Origin: a virus
Lineage: Duplodnaviria; Caudoviricetes
Strand: one strand, 5' to 3'
Length of the DNA: 64,000 nucleotides
IMG/VR virus record: IMGVR_UViG_3300044557_000104
Coordinates: 54,437 to 118,436 of that record
Shown: one piece after another, positions 38,822-48,534 of the stretch
Layout of the letters: each line of letters opens with the position of its first letter
Numbering within the stretch: the first letter of the stretch is position 1
Translations under genes and position numbers: made by a program
The notes under the pieces: generated by a model
The model's input: the letters and a program-made list of their open reading frames with translations, nothing else
What the model was told of the DNA's origin: nothing
Database searches by the model: none

Positions 38822-39157
38822 TTGCCAGAAGTACGTAACTTATCACAATTGTCTTTTGAAGATTACTTTAGAATTAAACAATTACTTAAAGAAAAAGATC
38901 AGTTACCAACAGTTGAAGTAACTCAGCATGATTCAGACATTGTTACTTATCAGGACGCTTATGATATTATTAATCGAACAATTGATTCATTATCTGATTA
39001 TGTAACTCAACGGACAGATTTTGACTATGATGTAGTAGCATTACTAATGTCAGTATTAATGTCTAAGAAAGTATTGACTGAAAAAGAAGTTAATGCTATA
39101 CTTAAAAATGCAGAACGAATATTAGAAAAGAAGGATGACACAGATGAAGCAGAATAA
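38822..39157 (+). CDS. Hypothetical protein
   Basis: TTG start after GAAAGGATGTG. Confidence 0.55.
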   Translation: MPEVRNLSQLSFEDYFRIKQLLKEKDQLPTVEVTQHDSDIVTYQDAYDIINRTIDSLSDYVTQRTDFDYDVVALLMSVLMSKKVLTEKEVNAILKNAERILEKKDDTDEAE

Positions 39158-39527
39158 TTTAGATCAACAACAATTACTTACAGCATTACGGGTACATAAG
39201 AACTTACCTAGTTACTATACAGAACAAGACCTAGCAGATGCTAAGATTATTCTTAAAAAGAAGATTAACTTAGGTGAAGCCTTTGATGTAGTTGATTTAC
39301 TGGTTTACCCATATAGTAAGCAATTAGACAAACTTAACCACGACTTGAGTATTGCTAATATGGTACTTGATAAATTAGGAGCTACTCCAGAACAATGGGA
39401 GGAAGCTCAAGCTGAGTTTGAAAAGGCTGATCGAGAAAACAAGGAAAAGGCTCAGGCAGAGTTTAAAGAATTGTTAGAAAAAGAAAAAGCTGAAATGGAA
39501 GCAGAAGGTACTAAGGGGGGTAAGTAA
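39144..39527 (+). CDS. Hypothetical protein
   Basis: ORF with charged helical C-terminus. Confidence 0.55.
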   Translation: MKQNNLDQQQLLTALRVHKNLPSYYTEQDLADAKIILKKKINLGEAFDVVDLLVYPYSKQLDKLNHDLSIANMVLDKLGATPEQWEEAQAEFEKADRENKEKAQAEFKELLEKEKAEMEAEGTKGGK

Positions 39528-40219
39528 TGGATACCCTACAATTTGTTAAATCAGAATTTAAAGAAAAGGGAGATGTCCCTAACTTTGCTGATTTACTAAG
39601 TAAAGATAATACTAAGGTAATTAGTTATAAGAAGCTCATTAATACTTATAACTTAACCTTGTTATCAAGTATGTCAGAAGATGAACTGATGGAAGATGAT
39701 GTATCAACCTATGATACTTTCTACCAGAGTTTCATTAAACCAGCTAACCACTTCACCATTAACTTTCAGACAGGTAGAACTGATACTAATTTAACTGGTA
39801 TGCAAACCATCCTAGCTAGACTTATCTTTGAAAAGATGGGAGTTAAGGAAGGGTTTAAGTACTTTGATATTGATAAGTACCTAGTAGATCAACTTAATGC
39901 GGGGACTCTAGCAATTTATTTAATCCGAATGGATAGTGAACCTAATGAAAACTATGTTAAGTTTGCTTTGATCTTTACAGAACCTCTACCAGATGAAGCA
40001 GAGGTTGATAAGTTATATAATATCATGCAAAATGAACCAGAGAAAACATCTGATCCAGAGGTAATTGAATTATATAAGAAGTTAACTAAGCAGTTTAAGC
40101 AACGTGCTGGGTATCTCAGTAAGCTCAATGATATTCATCAATCACGAGCATTATATGATGAAGACTCACTACGATTTGTTAAATATTATAATAAGGTAGC
40201 CATGATTATTGGATACTAA
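39527..40219 (+). CDS. Hypothetical protein
   Basis: TAATG stop-start coupling. Confidence 0.6.
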   Translation: MDTLQFVKSEFKEKGDVPNFADLLSKDNTKVISYKKLINTYNLTLLSSMSEDELMEDDVSTYDTFYQSFIKPANHFTINFQTGRTDTNLTGMQTILARLIFEKMGVKEGFKYFDIDKYLVDQLNAGTLAIYLIRMDSEPNENYVKFALIFTEPLPDEAEVDKLYNIMQNEPEKTSDPEVIELYKKLTKQFKQRAGYLSKLNDIHQSRALYDEDSLRFVKYYNKVAMIIGY

Positions 40220-40223
40220 CACA

Positions 40224-40252
40224 AAGGACTCACCTTAATTGGTGGGTCTTTT
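40224..40252 (+). terminator. Intrinsic terminator
   Basis: AAGGACTCACC-ttaatt-GGTGGGTCTT + TT. Confidence 0.75.
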
Positions 40253-40361
40253 ACTTTCATATAGGTTTATACATATAGATGTTATAATAGAGTTAAGGAA
40301 AGATAACATTTTTCTATATTATAAATATGAAAGATACAATAAAGAGTAAAGAAGTGATAAA

Positions 40362-41015
40362 ATGTCAGCATCACGTGGAAAAGGATCTTCAAAAAAAGGA
40401 AAAAATTTTGAATTAGGCATTGCACATAAGCTATCAGATGCTTATAAAATCAATGTTAACCGTGTTCCTATGTCAGGGGCATGGAGAGGTTCAAATAACA
40501 ACTATGCACTACGAGATGATAGCAATTATATTGGGGATTTATTTTTCCCTAGTGGGCACCCCTTATCTATTTTTAACTATGAATTAAAGAACCACGCAGG
40601 GATTAAGTTACGAAACTTCTTTATGTGTAACAGTGAGATCCCACAGTTCATGCAACAGGTAACAACTGATTCATATCGGATTGGTGGAGTTGGAAGCTCT
40701 ATTCCATGTTTAATTGTCCATGTGGAACGGGAAGATGATTATGTAGCAATCCCTTATGAACAACATATGTATGAAGCACTTGTTAAAGAAGATTATCCAG
40801 CTATAGAATTAACTTTAGGGTACATAGATGAACGAACCCAAGTTAAATATCAGTATCAAATGTTATTAACTAACTTGAAGTCCTTTACTGCTATTGATCC
40901 TATTAAAGTTAACACATGGTACCATGATCTAGACTGGGATATTCTTAATGATAATACAAGTCAGGAACAGAACAACTCAGAGGTAGACAAATTTTTAGAT
41001 GGTATTGAGGACTAA
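40362..41015 (+). CDS. Holliday junction resolvase (PD-(D/E)XK)
   Basis: KGKNFE..IA..LS; RVPMSGA; GDL; ELKN. Confidence 0.8.
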   Translation: MSASRGKGSSKKGKNFELGIAHKLSDAYKINVNRVPMSGAWRGSNNNYALRDDSNYIGDLFFPSGHPLSIFNYELKNHAGIKLRNFFMCNSEIPQFMQQVTTDSYRIGGVGSSIPCLIVHVEREDDYVAIPYEQHMYEALVKEDYPAIELTLGYIDERTQVKYQYQMLLTNLKSFTAIDPIKVNTWYHDLDWDILNDNTSQEQNNSEVDKFLDGIED

Positions 41016-41018
41016 ATA

Positions 41019-41699
41019 ATGAGATTAATTAAACAGTTAAATATTGGCAATACACACCGAGCACTTAACTTTAATCAGTTTAGGGCTGGTACAGATAAGT
41101 TCATTAAGGTGTGTAACCAAAACAAAGCTCAAGTAGAAGAGAGCTTAAAGAAAAATAAAGGTAAAGGTAATACCTATTTGATTATTCATGATTCAGTAGA
41201 TGAAGATACACAACTTAATAAAAAGGTATATGAGTCTAAGGGAACTATCATTTACTATACTGCAACTACAATTCCTATTTATACTATGTTATCTATGGGA
41301 ACTAATCAACGACTATACTTAGTGTATGAATACCGCAATACTTTTACTAAGGAACAATTACTTAATATTAAAACAGCATTTGAACTTAGCACAGTTATTA
41401 TCTATATTCCACACGTAGATGTAAGTGCAAGTCCCTATAAGTATTTATTTAGTGTATATGACGTAAGGTATATTGCAGATGCAGTTTACTATGACTTTAC
41501 CCCATGTGAATATGATGATATTGATAATTATAGCTACTACGATAAGCTACCATCAGCTAAACCAGAATTACAAAAAGAGTTCTTTGATGATAGCCATGAA
41601 GTATTAGCACGGTGGAGATTACAGATGCACTTGAGTTATGTTAATCAAACAGAAAAGAAATTAATTAGAAATAAGATAATCGGAGATAATATGTTGTAG
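41019..41699 (+). CDS. Hypothetical protein
   Basis: 226-aa ORF; stop codon lies at the edge of the IS607-type element. Confidence 0.55.
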   Translation: MRLIKQLNIGNTHRALNFNQFRAGTDKFIKVCNQNKAQVEESLKKNKGKGNTYLIIHDSVDEDTQLNKKVYESKGTIIYYTATTIPIYTMLSMGTNQRLYLVYEYRNTFTKEQLLNIKTAFELSTVIIYIPHVDVSASPYKYLFSVYDVRYIADAVYYDFTPCEYDDIDNYSYYDKLPSAKPELQKEFFDDSHEVLARWRLQMHLSYVNQTEKKLIRNKIIGDNML

Positions 41700-41728
41700 T
41701 TTATTAATTATAAAGTCATATAGCATTC

Positions 41729-41756
41729 TTGCAATACCTTTTAGTTGTGATATAGT
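41729..41756 (+). promoter_or_regulatory. SigmaA-type promoter for second tnpB
   Basis: TTGCAA-16 nt-TATAGT with TG extension. Confidence 0.55.
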
Positions 41757-41786
41757 ATATCATATGAAAGGGGGTGACAAGCACAA

Positions 41787-42923
41787 ATGTATATAAAAGC
41801 AAGAACAGTTAGATTATACCCTAATGTTCATATGACTAAGGAATTAGATAGGTTGTGTGATTATAGAAGATACTGCTGGAATTTAGGGTTAGAAGTATGG
41901 AACAACATGTATGATCTACACTTGGTAGATAAAGATAATAATCCTAGTCCTAGTAAAAGAAGGGTTAGGGATATTATTGTTAGCCAAAAACAGGACTGGC
42001 AATATGCACTATCTTCTAGGGTGCTTCAACAAGGGATAGAAGATTTAGGAAACGCGTGGGAACACTTTTTCAAAAAGGATCAATCAGATTGGGGAAAGCC
42101 CCAATTTAAATCTAAAAGAGCATCCAGACAAGGTTTTAAGTCTGATAGAATTAAGTTCGTCAAAGGGAAACTTAGACTAGATAAACCTAGAGATAATAAA
42201 TCTGCTTGGTATGATATTAGGTTAAAGGGCAATCTTTTAGACTATGACTATGGAACTGTTAGTATATACAGGGTAAATGGTAACTATTACGCTTCTATTC
42301 CTTATAAAATAGAGGATATAAAAGATAAACCTAAAACTAGCAAAAATACTGCTGTAGATGTTAATGTAGGACATTTTAACTATACAGATGGTTCTTTAAA
42401 TGTATTACCAGACAAATTAGCTAATCTATATAGTAGGATCAAACATTATCAAAAAATGTTATCACGTAAGAAACCCGGAAGTATAAATTATCAAGAAGTG
42501 AGAACCAAACTTCAACGTGATTATACTAAGGTGACTAACTTACAATATGATATTATTCATAAATTTACTACAAAACTAGTATCTAACTATGACACTATAG
42601 TTATTGAAGACTTAGATGTTAAACATATGAAGATGAGCCATGTAGCTTCCAAAGGGTTACAACGTTCTCAATTTGGATATTTTAAACAAGTTCTACAGTA
42701 CAAATGTGATTGGTATGGCAAAAACCTAGTAATTGCAGACAGATTATATCCTAGCACTCAAAGATGTAGTGAGTGTGGTAATGTTAAACAAGGTGATGAT
42801 AGAATAACCCTTCAAGGAAATAGGAAGCATCATACTAAACATAATGAATATATTTGTTATAATTGTGGGGCTATTCTAGATAGAGATGAAAACGCAGTAC
42901 AAAACTTATTACAGTTAATTTAA
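41787..42923 (+). CDS. tnpB: RNA-guided endonuclease TnpB (IS607-like)
   Basis: VRLYPN...RYCWN; RuvC AVDVN, IEDL, DRDENA; YPSTQRCSEC...CYNC. Confidence 0.9.
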   Translation: MYIKARTVRLYPNVHMTKELDRLCDYRRYCWNLGLEVWNNMYDLHLVDKDNNPSPSKRRVRDIIVSQKQDWQYALSSRVLQQGIEDLGNAWEHFFKKDQSDWGKPQFKSKRASRQGFKSDRIKFVKGKLRLDKPRDNKSAWYDIRLKGNLLDYDYGTVSIYRVNGNYYASIPYKIEDIKDKPKTSKNTAVDVNVGHFNYTDGSLNVLPDKLANLYSRIKHYQKMLSRKKPGSINYQEVRTKLQRDYTKVTNLQYDIIHKFTTKLVSNYDTIVIEDLDVKHMKMSHVASKGLQRSQFGYFKQVLQYKCDWYGKNLVIADRLYPSTQRCSECGNVKQGDDRITLQGNRKHHTKHNEYICYNCGAILDRDENAVQNLLQLI

Positions 42924-43126
42924 TTGAGGGAATCCAATGAAAGGGGAAGGCTACTCCCTCAAGCCTTAGGAGCTAGTCAATGTGGATAAGCTACCTAGCT
43001 TACTCAGAATACTAGTGATGACGAAGGCAAATAAAGACTATAAGGATAGTAACTATTAAGTAAATAAAATAATGCTTAGTAGGTTCTTATAGGATTTATG
43101 TAGCAGATGAGTATTAGTATGGTTAA
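42924..43126 (+). ncRNA. Putative omegaRNA of the IS607-type TnpB
   Basis: Nested stems TTGAGGGA/TCCCTCAA, GCCTT/AAGGC, TAAGCTA/TAGCTTA, CTATAAGGA/TTCTTATAG directly after tnpB. Confidence 0.65.
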
Positions 43127-43445
43127 ACGACAGGATACAATTAACAGACAGCAACAAATTTCCCTAATTCGACTGTATTGTCCAAACTACAGCAATAAAG
43201 AAATTGGGGACATTCTTAACGGATTAGATCAAGTAATTGAGTATGGACTAGAAACTAATCAAAAGATTAAGTTTGGTAAATTATTTACTATTAAAGGTAT
43301 TGTAAGACCAGCACGAAAACATTATAACGGGATTAATGGAACTAAGTCAGACCCCTATGTGATGTTACCAAAACGATTACGATTTAAATTTACAGCACTA
43401 CAAAAATTAAAGGATATTGAAGATAGTTATAAAGATGAGGATTAA
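43107..43445 (+). CDS. HU/IHF-like DNA-binding protein
   Basis: IKFGKLFT....RPARKHYN......V..P....KF pattern. Confidence 0.8.
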   Translation: MSISMVKRQDTINRQQQISLIRLYCPNYSNKEIGDILNGLDQVIEYGLETNQKIKFGKLFTIKGIVRPARKHYNGINGTKSDPYVMLPKRLRFKFTALQKLKDIEDSYKDED

Positions 43446-43458
43446 ACCTCGTCTTTTT
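43432..43458 (+). terminator. Intrinsic terminator
   Basis: AAGATGAGG-attaaa-CCTCGTCTT + TTT. Confidence 0.75.
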
Positions 43459-43472
43459 ATTTTGAGCAAAGT

Positions 43473-43501
43473 TTGACTTTACATAGATAAAATGGTAATA
43501 T
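43473..43501 (+). promoter_or_regulatory. SigmaA-type promoter
   Basis: TTGACT-17 nt-TAATAT with TG extension. Confidence 0.6.
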
Positions 43502-43531
43502 ATAACCATAAACGGAAAGGTGGTTATACCC

Positions 43532-43933
43532 ATGAACAGCAAAGAACTACAAGATATGATTAATGCAACTAAGACTGCTCAAGTGCAGTTAGATTCATTA
43601 CTTAATCAGTTTGCTTTAATGGAAGATACATTAGAACAAATCAAGTCACATACTACAACTGCTAAAACTAATATTGATGTGGATAAGGTTAAACTAAATA
43701 GTATTAAATCAGATACTATTAAAGCTTCTCACATTGGTGGTAGTAAAGCAGTGATGGTAATTAAGGATGGGGAGCAGATGCACTTTAGCTCATTAAAACG
43801 AGCAACTACAGCTCTGGGAATCCCTAATACATCAATCTATGATATGCTGCGTAGAGGAGACCATAACTATAAAGATATGACATTCTACTATATCAATGAC
43901 AAAGATAAAACAACTAGTATTGTATTGCCATAG
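43532..43933 (+). CDS. Coiled-coil protein with C-terminal NUMOD1-like HTH
   Basis: FSSLKRATTALGIPNTSIYDML motif. Confidence 0.55.
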   Translation: MNSKELQDMINATKTAQVQLDSLLNQFALMEDTLEQIKSHTTTAKTNIDVDKVKLNSIKSDTIKASHIGGSKAVMVIKDGEQMHFSSLKRATTALGIPNTSIYDMLRRGDHNYKDMTFYYINDKDKTTSIVLP

Positions 43934-43944
43934 GGGGAATCTAT

Positions 43945-44436
43945 ATGGAAGATCAATTTATTAAAGATGCCCTACAGCCCATTCAGTATATTGATGCTAA
44001 TGGTCAAATTCAAGACATTAATCCTACTGAGATGTTAAAGTTTGACAACACTAATATTCCATTTGAAACTCAAGCCAATGCCTATTTTTTGGTATCACGT
44101 TTATCTGAACGTAAGCGTCTTGAGTTTAAAGATATGGAATCACAATTAGATGCTGTTAAAAGTAAACTGTATCTCAAGTATGTAGGAGATGATATTTTAC
44201 GGGAAGCAGCGGGTGGTAAAAAACCTCCGGAAGCTATGATTAACAGTGCGGTAGTAGCAGATCCTAAGTATCAAGCAGTAGAGAAACGTTGTAATGCTTT
44301 AGAATATCAATCACGGTTACTGAACTGGTTAGGAAAAGCAATTGAGATGAAGTCAAACTTAATGATCTCAGCTAGTGCAGAACACCGTCAGTATATGAAG
44401 GCTAACCCAATGAACTCTACATATGCCAACCAATAA
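43945..44436 (+). CDS. UvsY-like recombination mediator
   Basis: KPPEAMINSAVVADPKY...KAIEMKSNLMIS; located before SSB and RecA. Confidence 0.65.
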   Translation: MEDQFIKDALQPIQYIDANGQIQDINPTEMLKFDNTNIPFETQANAYFLVSRLSERKRLEFKDMESQLDAVKSKLYLKYVGDDILREAAGGKKPPEAMINSAVVADPKYQAVEKRCNALEYQSRLLNWLGKAIEMKSNLMISASAEHRQYMKANPMNSTYANQ

Positions 44437-44454
44437 TAGAAATGAGGAATTGAA

Positions 44455-45630
44455 ATGGATTTTCAAGAACAATTAAAACAACAATTAGCTAAATTTGATA
44501 GCAATTCAGAAAGTACAAGTAACACAGACCAACCACGTCACCAACCTATTCGTATTTCTAAGAAGCGTAAATTTTTTGGGCGTATCTTACCAATTGCTCC
44601 TAGTGACATAAATGCACCGTTTGCAGTTCCTTTTGAACGTGTATGGCTTCCTTATAAGACCCAAGCTGGTGCAGTATCCCAAGTACCTGTTATCATTAAC
44701 TCAGATGATCCAGAAGATGAAATTGCTAAAATCTGTAACTGGTTGGTTATGCAAAACAACAAATACCGTAAGGAACACCAAGGGTACACTGATGACATTA
44801 TTAATATCTTTGATAAGAAGCCAGTCTATGGATTCCACATTGAACGCAGAGCAGAAATTTTGGGTGTTGAATTAGACCCACAAACTGGCAACATGTTAAC
44901 AAATGCTAATGGACTTGCAGATGTTAAGAACTATTTATTGCCTATCTCTGCATACACTAATATTCTTCGCTTATTAGTAGAACCAGATATGCCATACCAA
45001 ATTAGTGGTCATCCATTTGCTACTCCACAACAATTCATTACTCCTGCTGAAACATTCCCACTGGGTATTCAATTTGATGGTAGCACAGACTATCCAACAA
45101 CACCACGCCCAGATATTGTGTTACCAGCTATTACCTATAACTATGTAGAAAAGAATGCAGATGGTTCATACAAGTACTTTGATGACCCTGTAAAGGCTAA
45201 TGAGGTAACTCGTACTGCTAGTCCAGACTTCTATAAATTAGTATTAGCACAACTTAAAGATCGTGTTCGTCAAGCTACTACTAATGCTAAGTCACAACCA
45301 CAACAACCAGCACAACCACAGAGTAGCCAACCATCATTAACAGCCCCTGCATGGAGTTCAGAAATGTCAGAACCACAAGCTACTCCTCAACCTACTAAGA
45401 CAGAAACACCCAATGCTTCAACTCCATGGACACCAGCTCCAGAAGATGAAACTACTGCTGATCCATTTGAAAAGAAGGAACCACAAGGTAGTACAGAAAT
45501 GCCTGCTACACCTTCTACTGAATCAGCACAGCCACAATGGAATCCAAGCCCAGACACAGAAGATACTGATGATGAATTTAATGCAAGTTCAGATGTAAGT
45601 GATATTCTACATGGTCTGGGATTAGAATAA
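44455..45630 (+). CDS. Single-stranded DNA-binding protein (gp32-like) with low-complexity acidic tail
   Basis: GRILP motif; Pro/Gln/Thr linker; acidic end; synteny. Confidence 0.6.
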   Translation: MDFQEQLKQQLAKFDSNSESTSNTDQPRHQPIRISKKRKFFGRILPIAPSDINAPFAVPFERVWLPYKTQAGAVSQVPVIINSDDPEDEIAKICNWLVMQNNKYRKEHQGYTDDIINIFDKKPVYGFHIERRAEILGVELDPQTGNMLTNANGLADVKNYLLPISAYTNILRLLVEPDMPYQISGHPFATPQQFITPAETFPLGIQFDGSTDYPTTPRPDIVLPAITYNYVEKNADGSYKYFDDPVKANEVTRTASPDFYKLVLAQLKDRVRQATTNAKSQPQQPAQPQSSQPSLTAPAWSSEMSEPQATPQPTKTETPNASTPWTPAPEDETTADPFEKKEPQGSTEMPATPSTESAQPQWNPSPDTEDTDDEFNASSDVSDILHGLGLE

Positions 45631-45651
45631 ATAGTAAGGTGATATATTAAG

Positions 45652-48057
45652 ATGGCAAAAAAGAAAAGTAACTTAGATTTAACTGCTTTAATGGGTCAGC
45701 TTAATCAAGACCCAGATTTAACTACTTATAGTGAAACAGAATTAGGTGAAGTCCGTACATGGGTTCCTACATTGATTCCAGAGTTCGATTATAACCTTGT
45801 TGGGGGCATTCCCGCTACTGGTCAAGTGTCTGAGGTAGCTGGCCCACCTAGTTCAGGGAAGGCTTTAGATAATAATACAATTATCCCTACTCCTAAGGGT
45901 GATACAAAGTTATCTGATATCAAGGTTGGAGACTATGTATTTGATGAGAAGGGCAAACCAACTAAAGTATTAGGTGTATATCCTAAAGGTAAGCTTAATA
46001 CCCTTGAAGTTGTATTTAAAGATGGTCGCAAAGCCTATGTTAACAATGAACATATTTGGGGTGTCTATAGTACGCATAAACGTTCTTATCTGGAGAGAAC
46101 AACACAGGAAATTATAGATAGTGGTGTTTACACAGAGCATGAGACAAAGTGGGGCAAACCAGATAACCCTACAGTTGTTAAACGATACAACTATAATATT
46201 CCAGTAGCAGATTGGTCTATGTACCCAGAACAGGAACTACCATTACACCCATATGTAATGGGAGCACTATTAGGTGATGGATGCTTAACTGAACGTCAGT
46301 TGACTATGAGTTCAGATGACCCCTTTGTTGTTAATAAGGTATCTGATCTACTCCCATATAAGAACCATCCTGTTAAAAACTCAGATTACAACTTTAATTG
46401 GACATTTGCCTTAGATGAAAAAGTTGAGGGTATTCAAAATGGTATTACCAAGATTCAAACATCTATGGTTATGCCAGAAGATCTAGCAGGAGCTAATTCA
46501 TATACTAAATATATTCCTAAAGAGTACCTTGAAAATTCTCGTGAGAATCGAGAAATGCTTATGCAAGGCTTGGTAGATACAGATGGTAATGTAAGCAAAA
46601 AGTGGTTGGCTGTTTCATACTCTACAGTATCCCCACAATTGAAACATGATATTAGTATGTTATCACGATCTCTAGGGTATCTTACTAACATTCATGTGGA
46701 CGATCGTACCCATGATAAGAACTCTATTCATAAGCATGTGTGTTACAGTATTGTATTTAAGGGTAAGGCAGATAAGTTAGGAAGAATTGTAACACTCCCT
46801 CGTAAGAAGCAAATTGTACTGGATAGTTTTAGTGCAAAGCATAATTATGATCAAGTTCCTATTGTTGCTATCAATGATCTTCATGAGGAACGTGAAATGA
46901 CCTGCTTGTATGTAGATAGTGACAGTCATTTATTCCTAGCTAATGACTATATTGTTACCCATAACACTACTTTTGCAGGTAGCGTTATCAAAAATGCTAT
47001 TAAGATGGGATTCCTAATCGTCTACTTTGACGTTGAATCCACACAACACTCATCACGGTTGCAACAACTGGGTGTTGACCCATCTAAGGTGTTAACTATG
47101 ACACCATCACGTTTAAAAGATGGCACTGTACGACCATTGAGCATTGAATCAATTGGTCAAAAGATCATTGATATCCTTGCTGAGGTACATTCGCAGTCCC
47201 CTGATACACCAGTACTATTCACTTGGGATAGTGTTGCTATTACTCAATCAGATATGCAGGCAGATGCTGATATTGATCAACAATTAGTGGGACAACAAGC
47301 TAAGGCATTAGCAAGCATTGGGCGTAAGATTCAAAGCAACTTGGTTATGAATAATGGTACACTACTTGCCTTTAACCAAGCTCGTGATGACTTCCAAGCA
47401 GCTAACCCTAAGTATGCACAACAAAAGACCACTGGTGGTAAAGGTTGGGAACACCTATTATCTACACGGATTACCTTCCAACAAGCAGGTAAGATTAAGG
47501 TAAGTGCTTCTGATAATGAAGCTATTGGGACACATACACGTATTAAGGTTCCTAAGTCTAAAGTTGGTGATAACTTTGATTCTAACTTTACAGTTGAATT
47601 AATTGGTGCTCAAGGCTACGACTTTGAATATAATTTAGTTGTAGAAGCACAGGAACAAGGGTTCATCAATAAGGGTAATTGGCCACACTATGTGACTGAT
47701 GATGGTGAAGACATCAAGGAACAGAATGTCTATAAACTAGCTAACCGATTTAAAGACCCTGATTTAATTGAAGTTAAAACAGAGCTTTGGCAAAAAGTTC
47801 TCAAGCACTACTTCCCAGAATGTTATCCACCGTTGTTTAACACAACTGGATTCATGCACGTCAAGGATTTTCCTATTATCAAGGGGTTACGTAAGTATTA
47901 TGCAGACATTCAAGAGAAGTTACCACTGGAACAACGTGCATACAACTATAATGATTTTATGTCTGCCTTAGCTAATGATGATATTCCAGAGGATATTGTA
48001 GCTGAAATGAATGAATCAGCTCCTGATCCTACTCCTACTGATGAGGGGGCTGAATAA
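45652..48057 (+). CDS. recA: RecA/UvsX-like recombinase containing an intein
   Basis: GGIP...EVAGPPSSGK|TT; YFDVE; WDSVA; NQAR; GGKGWEH. Confidence 0.9.
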   Translation: MAKKKSNLDLTALMGQLNQDPDLTTYSETELGEVRTWVPTLIPEFDYNLVGGIPATGQVSEVAGPPSSGKALDNNTIIPTPKGDTKLSDIKVGDYVFDEKGKPTKVLGVYPKGKLNTLEVVFKDGRKAYVNNEHIWGVYSTHKRSYLERTTQEIIDSGVYTEHETKWGKPDNPTVVKRYNYNIPVADWSMYPEQELPLHPYVMGALLGDGCLTERQLTMSSDDPFVVNKVSDLLPYKNHPVKNSDYNFNWTFALDEKVEGIQNGITKIQTSMVMPEDLAGANSYTKYIPKEYLENSRENREMLMQGLVDTDGNVSKKWLAVSYSTVSPQLKHDISMLSRSLGYLTNIHVDDRTHDKNSIHKHVCYSIVFKGKADKLGRIVTLPRKKQIVLDSFSAKHNYDQVPIVAINDLHEEREMTCLYVDSDSHLFLANDYIVTHNTTFAGSVIKNAIKMGFLIVYFDVESTQHSSRLQQLGVDPSKVLTMTPSRLKDGTVRPLSIESIGQKIIDILAEVHSQSPDTPVLFTWDSVAITQSDMQADADIDQQLVGQQAKALASIGRKIQSNLVMNNGTLLAFNQARDDFQAANPKYAQQKTTGGKGWEHLLSTRITFQQAGKIKVSASDNEAIGTHTRIKVPKSKVGDNFDSNFTVELIGAQGYDFEYNLVVEAQEQGFINKGNWPHYVTDDGEDIKEQNVYKLANRFKDPDLIEVKTELWQKVLKHYFPECYPPLFNTTGFMHVKDFPIIKGLRKYYADIQEKLPLEQRAYNYNDFMSALANDDIPEDIVAEMNESAPDPTPTDEGAE
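45862..46965 (+). mobile_element. Class 3-type intein (368 aa, Ala1) with LAGLIDADG endonuclease
   Basis: ALDNNTIIPTP; EHIW, MTCLYV, IVTHN|T (W-C-T triad); MGALLGDG, MQGLVDTDG. Confidence 0.92.
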
Positions 48058-48407
48058 TGCCAAAGCGTTTAGCTACTACTACAGAGGATATCTTAGATAT
48101 TCTTAGTCATAATGATTCAGTGTATAATGTGATTATTAATCAGAAGCTAGAAGTGCTGAAACAGTTTCATAAACACATGGATAATCATGAAAGAGTATTA
48201 GTTGTTAGCCATGATATCTATGCACCACAATCAGCAGCAGTAGTAACCATTGATAAGCTGTATAACAGTTTTGCTCTAGGTCATATCGATAATCGTGTAA
48301 CCGGGGTAAGAATCCCCTACACAATCACCTATGCGTCAGTAATTGCCCATGACTATGCTATTAAGTCAGTCTGGGAAGGTGAAACTGAAAAACAAGATAA
48401 AGATTAA
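48057..48407 (+). CDS. Conserved hypothetical protein downstream of recA
   Basis: TAATG coupling; IPYTITYAS motif. Confidence 0.6.
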   Translation: MPKRLATTTEDILDILSHNDSVYNVIINQKLEVLKQFHKHMDNHERVLVVSHDIYAPQSAAVVTIDKLYNSFALGHIDNRVTGVRIPYTITYASVIAHDYAIKSVWEGETEKQDKD

Positions 48408-48427
48408 AGACAATAGGATCTCTTTAT

Positions 48428-48473
48428 TAGAAAAGTTAAGATAAAAATGTTACTTTAGTAATGAGTAGTCTAC
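48428..48473 (+). mobile_element. 46-nt relic of the IS605-derived family (left end fused to right end)
   Basis: TTAT|TAGAAAAGTTAAGA...TTACTTTAGTAATGAGTAGTCTAC; 21 consecutive nt identical to the right end at 50282-50302. Confidence 0.7.
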
Positions 48474-48534
48474 GTTGACTAGTGGTATAACAAGAGTTAT
48501 AATAAACTTAGATTAAAAGAAAGAGGTATTAACA

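Larger units (their letters stand above)
41697..43106 (+). mobile_element. tnpA-less IS607-type element (boundaries approximate)
   Basis: Promoter + tnpB + structured 3' region ending TATGTAGCAG; no serine recombinase gene. Confidence 0.6.

Noticed and set aside
24093-42923. TnpBs as nuclease-dead TldR
   Set aside because: All three RuvC acidic residues are present in both proteins.
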